IMG/VR virus record: IMGVR_UViG_3300045988_169227
Span: 1 to 32,457 of that record
Source of the DNA: a virus
DNA: 32,457 nt
Reading direction: 5' to 3' (one strand)
The position numbers and the translations under genes are program-made. Every line of letters starts with the position of its first letter. Within the stretch, counting starts at the first letter, position 1. Shown piece after piece: positions 29,623 through 32,457 of the stretch. The notes beneath the pieces are model-generated. The model made no database searches. It was not told the DNA's origin and saw only the letters and a list, made by a program, of their open reading frames with translations.

Positions 29623-30095
29623 TGCCACTCTCTCCTGCTGCCAGCCACTCCTGCTCGCGTATTATTACGCCGAATTGATTCTTGTTCAAGTTGTGTGTTA
29701 AGGTTATAAGTATCTTGTTTATGCGCCAACCCCACCAACTTTGAGCCGATACCTATAACCGCACCGATGACCGCGCCCCAGCCACTACCGACGGACGCGC
29801 CGATAGCAATACTTTCGCCCACGTCGAAAACCGATTCGGCTATTTGATTTGCGAACTCATAACGCTGTTGCAACTCGGTTTGACCCGTTCTCAACGAGAT
29901 TGTGCTTATCTCGTGTCCTATTTGACTACGCACGAGAGCCTTGCCCGTTCGGTAAAGCATTGCGCCGGTAATAACCTTTTTCGCTTTTTTCTCGGTGTCT
30001 TTTTCGGAATCGGAAGTGTTATCGTTTTGGTCGTTCGCGATAGGGCTTTCGGCTTGCGCGGTTTCGTTTTTTATGATAATCTCATAAGTTGCCAT
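29619..30095 (-). CDS. glycine-zipper membrane-active tail/ejection protein candidate (158 aa)
   Basis: IAIGASVGSGWGAVIGAVIGIGSKLVGL segment. It sits where chaperone and tape-measure genes normally lie. Confidence 0.5.
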   Translation of the reverse strand: MATYEIIIKNETAQAESPIANDQNDNTSDSEKDTEKKAKKVITGAMLYRTGKALVRSQIGHEISTISLRTGQTELQQRYEFANQIAESVFDVGESIAIGASVGSGWGAVIGAVIGIGSKLVGLAHKQDTYNLNTQLEQESIRRNNTRAGVAGSRREWQ

Positions 30096-30105
30096 AACGC
30101 CCCCT

Positions 30106-31005
30106 TTACCCGCTTATGGAATCGAGCGAGTAGTTCTCGGCGAGCGTTACCGAAAGCGCGATATTTTTTATATCTGCGCCCGTTTCCGTAACGTCGGCGA
30201 TGATAACTTTAAGTGTCGACAGAACCGTTTTCGTGCCGTCGGCGTTGGTCTGCGTTTTTACGAGCGTTCTTTCGGGGTTGTTCCCGTTGTGCAGATAATC
30301 GAAGAAAATTGCCGAAACGTCGTCCGTTCCTGCGGGCATATTGAATTTTATGTTTATCTGACTGAACTGCGCTATGTTTTTTACTACCTGTAAATTACCC
30401 GTGCCGTTAGATTTCTGCGCGCCTTCCATAGTCGTGCCACGGTAAGTCGTCCAATCTTGCAACGGGATCTCTTTCCCGTCAAGGGTAAAAGATATGCTGC
30501 GGGAGTTAAGCCCCGCCTGCACCATATTAAAGTTGATATACGCAGTAAAAGAAAAGGTTTCGCCGAAAAGCGAGTTCATCTGCCTTTCTCCCGAAGAAAA
30601 CGAGAACCCGTCGTTGCTTACGACGTAAGAGATACCGCTTTCGTCGTTCATCGCGAACACCTGATTAACGTCGCTCCATTTATCGAGCAACGCCCTTATC
30701 TGCGCGACTAACTGCGGGCTTACTTCTTCGCCTTTCTCGTCGCGCGTAATCGGCACGAGAATGACTAAACGGGCGTTTACGACGCCGAATTTACTTTTAG
30801 TCGCCGTGTCGCCGACCGTGCTGTTTATTTGGCTCATAACGCCGTGTACGTAGCGTGTAACGGTGTTTGCAAGCCTTGTCGGGTTCTTATACTTCGCCGT
30901 TTCCGAAACGATACGAAAAACGTACTTTGTACGCCCGTTATTCGCAATGAGAAGCGTGTTAAGTTCGTCGTTAATTCTTTTCGTTAATTGATTTATACTA
31001 ATCAT
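30106..31005 (-). CDS. putative major tail/tube protein (299 aa)
   Basis: Assigned by position only, after the connector-type genes. ATGA overlap with the upstream gene. Confidence 0.4.
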   Translation of the reverse strand: MISINQLTKRINDELNTLLIANNGRTKYVFRIVSETAKYKNPTRLANTVTRYVHGVMSQINSTVGDTATKSKFGVVNARLVILVPITRDEKGEEVSPQLVAQIRALLDKWSDVNQVFAMNDESGISYVVSNDGFSFSSGERQMNSLFGETFSFTAYINFNMVQAGLNSRSISFTLDGKEIPLQDWTTYRGTTMEGAQKSNGTGNLQVVKNIAQFSQINIKFNMPAGTDDVSAIFFDYLHNGNNPERTLVKTQTNADGTKTVLSTLKVIIADVTETGADIKNIALSVTLAENYSLDSISG

Positions 31006-31307
31006 TTTTTACGTGTTCTCCTTTGGGCGTTTGCCGCTTTCGTTATATACTCGACTAAAAACGCCACCGCGTCGTCAAACCACTTTTCGTTCGGGTTCTT
31101 TTTGCCGTGCCACCTCGGAGAAACCCACGGCTCGTTCGTAAACGGCATATACGGCGCGATTGCTTCATCAACGTATATCTTGCAGGTGTTGCCTATAAAC
31201 TCGTATTTGATAGCGTTATAAGCGAGGTTGCCCGTGTCTTTCGGGGCGCGTTTCTGCAACTGTTTAACCGCACGCGCACATATCTGCCGGAAACGCCTTT
31301 CAGTCAT
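31002..31307 (-). CDS. HK97 gp10-like head-tail joining / tail component (101 aa)
   Basis: The RAPKDTGNLAYNAI motif resembles the P.DTG.L signature of the HK97 gp10 family. Confidence 0.45.
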   Translation of the reverse strand: MTERRFRQICARAVKQLQKRAPKDTGNLAYNAIKYEFIGNTCKIYVDEAIAPYMPFTNEPWVSPRWHGKKNPNEKWFDDAVAFLVEYITKAANAQRRTRKK

Positions 31308-31710
31308 CTAACTCCCACGGGTTAGGAACTTCGAGCATTGCCAGAACGTACTTCGTATCGGGCGCAACCTTTTGAAATCTTAACGTTTCCTTTTTGGTCG
31401 TCTTTTCGCGTATGCTCTCTATGCTCCAAAGCCTACCGTCCTGCGTTACGACGTGTTTAGATACCTTAAAACCGATTTTAGCGCGTGTCTCTATCGTCAA
31501 TCGGCTTCCGTTGTATTCTATCTCTTCAAGCGTCGTATGTGTAACAGCCCGTTCGTCTATCGTGTTATACTTAAAAGGTATACCGCCGACCGCGTTGTTT
31601 TGGTCTACCGCTTCGCCGTCAGGGATATTGTACTCGTTGGGCAGGTCTTCGTAATAACTGCCCTGTAAGTACATATCGTTTTTAGGCGTTAAGGCATTTA
31701 TAATATCCAC
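31300..31710 (-). CDS. hypothetical head-tail connector protein (136 aa, GTG start)
   Basis: GTG at 31710 lies 11 nt after an AAAGGAG SD. Assigned by position between the connector genes. Confidence 0.45.
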   Translation of the reverse strand: MDIINALTPKNDMYLQGSYYEDLPNEYNIPDGEAVDQNNAVGGIPFKYNTIDERAVTHTTLEEIEYNGSRLTIETRAKIGFKVSKHVVTQDGRLWSIESIREKTTKKETLRFQKVAPDTKYVLAMLEVPNPWELDD

Positions 31711-32137
31711 TATCCCACAGTCTCCTTTCCAAATTTCCCTGATAGAGTATAGTTGTCCCTATTTCGGGTATATCCTGTAAAAGGCAAGATTTAGCCGTGT
31801 CGTCGATTTCCATATCGCCGATAAGGAAATAATGGACGACTTGATAGCGCATTGTTTCCTGCACTATGCGCCGTGCTTCTGCCGACCGCGCTATAATCTT
31901 ATCCTGTATATTCGACCTGTTAAATTCGTGAATGTACCCGTATATCTTTACGGACACCATATCAAGAATCGTGCTTGCAAGGTTCTGCGCCGTCGTATAA
32001 TCACCGTCGTTAAGTCTTGCTATCATATCTATACCGACAACTTCTTCAACGTACTTTACCGTTAAAACGTATCTGTGCGTCTTTTCGTTATAAGTCATAT
32101 ATTCGTCGGTTAAAGGCATATCGGGAATGTTGTTCAT
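31682..32137 (-). CDS. head-tail adaptor candidate (151 aa)
   Basis: First gene after the capsid gene. The SD is GGAGAA. Confidence 0.45.
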   Translation of the reverse strand: MNNIPDMPLTDEYMTYNEKTHRYVLTVKYVEEVVGIDMIARLNDGDYTTAQNLASTILDMVSVKIYGYIHEFNRSNIQDKIIARSAEARRIVQETMRYQVVHYFLIGDMEIDDTAKSCLLQDIPEIGTTILYQGNLERRLWDSGYYKCLNA

Positions 32138-32160
32138 TGTTTATTCTCCGTTAATTATTA

Positions 32161-32197
32161 AAACGGATAAGGGCGAGTTTCCCCGCCCTGCCCGTTT
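32161..32197 (-). terminator. hairpin just after the capsid stop, a candidate partial terminator or attenuator
   Basis: Nested stems: AAACGG/CCGUUU outside and GGGCG/CGCCC inside. UAAUAAUU follows on the minus RNA. Confidence 0.3.
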
Positions 32198-32209
32198 TGA
32201 TTGAGTTAA

Positions 32210-32457
32210 TTAAAACGATTTGCTTACGACAGCAGAAGAAAGACCGCCTGCGACGATAGCAACCGCTTTAACGGTTTTGCCCGCAACGGTGGAAACTTTA
32301 CCGCCGCTCGCAATAGTCGACGATTTTTCCGTCGGGGTAGAACCGTCGGTCGTGTAGTAAATCTTCGCATTTGCGGTGGCGCACGTAATAGTTGCGTCCG
32401 CGCCCGAAGTGGCGATTACGGGGTGGGCCGTCTGAACTCTCGAAGCCGGGGCTTTAA
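32210..32457 (-). CDS. major capsid protein, C-terminal part with an Ig-like/Fn3-associated decoration domain (joins 1..1057; nt 32431-32457 duplicate nt 1-27)
   Basis: The frame is continuous with 1..1057 because the unique length of 32430 is divisible by 3. The stop TAA lies at 32210-32212. The tail reads ...ATITCATANAKIYYTTDGSTPTEKSSTIASGGKVSTVAGKTVKAVAIVAGGLSSAVVSKSF. Confidence 0.75.
   Translation of the reverse strand, partial: KAPASRVQTAHPVIATSGADATITCATANAKIYYTTDGSTPTEKSSTIASGGKVSTVAGKTVKAVAIVAGGLSSAVVSKSF

Noticed and set aside
1-32457. CRISPR arrays, tRNA/tmRNA genes, an integrase/excisionase or divergent CI-Cro switch, a reverse transcriptase/DGR, transposases, inteins or group I introns.
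   Set aside because: I looked for regularly spaced repeats, cloverleaf-capable intergenic segments, and Tyr/Ser-recombinase, RT (YxDD) and DDE motifs, and found none. Intergenic space is too small for anything except the regions listed as findings. This was a by-eye search and not an exhaustive computation.
32431-32457. The 27-nt end repeat as a biological direct terminal repeat or cos site.
   Set aside because: It lies in the middle of the major capsid coding sequence and preserves the frame. Its length is typical of an assembler k-mer overlap. The terminase type suggests headful packaging.

Overview
This window is a complete, circularly closed genome of a tailed dsDNA phage. The unique length is 32,430 bp, because nt 1-27 are identical to nt 32431-32457. 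The host is probably a Bacillota (Firmicutes) species. This rests on strong AAGGAG Shine-Dalgarno sites, frequent ATGA-type start/stop overlaps, sigma-A-like promoters and typical gene families (YopX, DUF1064, DnaD-like replisome organiser, DUF1492/sigma-region-4-like regulator). All of the roughly 55 credible genes lie on the minus strand, and the plus-strand ORFs in the track look like antisense shadows. Gene order in the direction of transcription: (1) non-coding hub 20659-20909; (2) early promoter 20608-20636, then a Cro-like HTH, small ORFs, a Rad52-like annealase, SSB and a DUF1064 nuclease; (3) promoter 16938-16966 with a structured leader, then the replisome organiser and a sigma-like regulator; (4) promoter/operator 15049-15113, then an AT-rich accessory block at 11.4-15.1 kb (112-aa unknown + HTH, YopX, ASCH, a methyltransferase N-terminal fragment); (5) a PAPS-reductase-like enzyme, a small membrane protein and hairpin terminator 9764-9803; (6) an operon with a 452-aa multi-module protein, a zeta-toxin-like kinase and a 73-aa acidic protein; (7) a perfect-consensus promoter cassette with a 109-aa unknown plus a stand-alone RelA/SpoT-type alarmone hydrolase, ending at terminator 6329-6354; (8) the late operon: terS, terL, portal, MuF-like, scaffold, major capsid, connector and tail genes, a 971-aa tail protein, a 620-aa fibre, three membrane/secreted proteins and terminator 20847-20880. 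The major capsid gene runs across the window ends and is therefore missing from the ORF track. By eye I found no integrase, lysogeny switch, tRNA, CRISPR array, DNA polymerase or helicase, tape-measure-like ORF or recognisable endolysin. The best candidates for new biology are the alarmone-hydrolase cassette, the zeta-kinase / polyvalent-protein-like operon, an acr-aca-like promoter-unknown-HTH unit, the enzyme-less lysis position and a 20-30% GC membrane-protein insertion inside the tail module. All family assignments come from motif recognition by eye and need HMM or structure confirmation.
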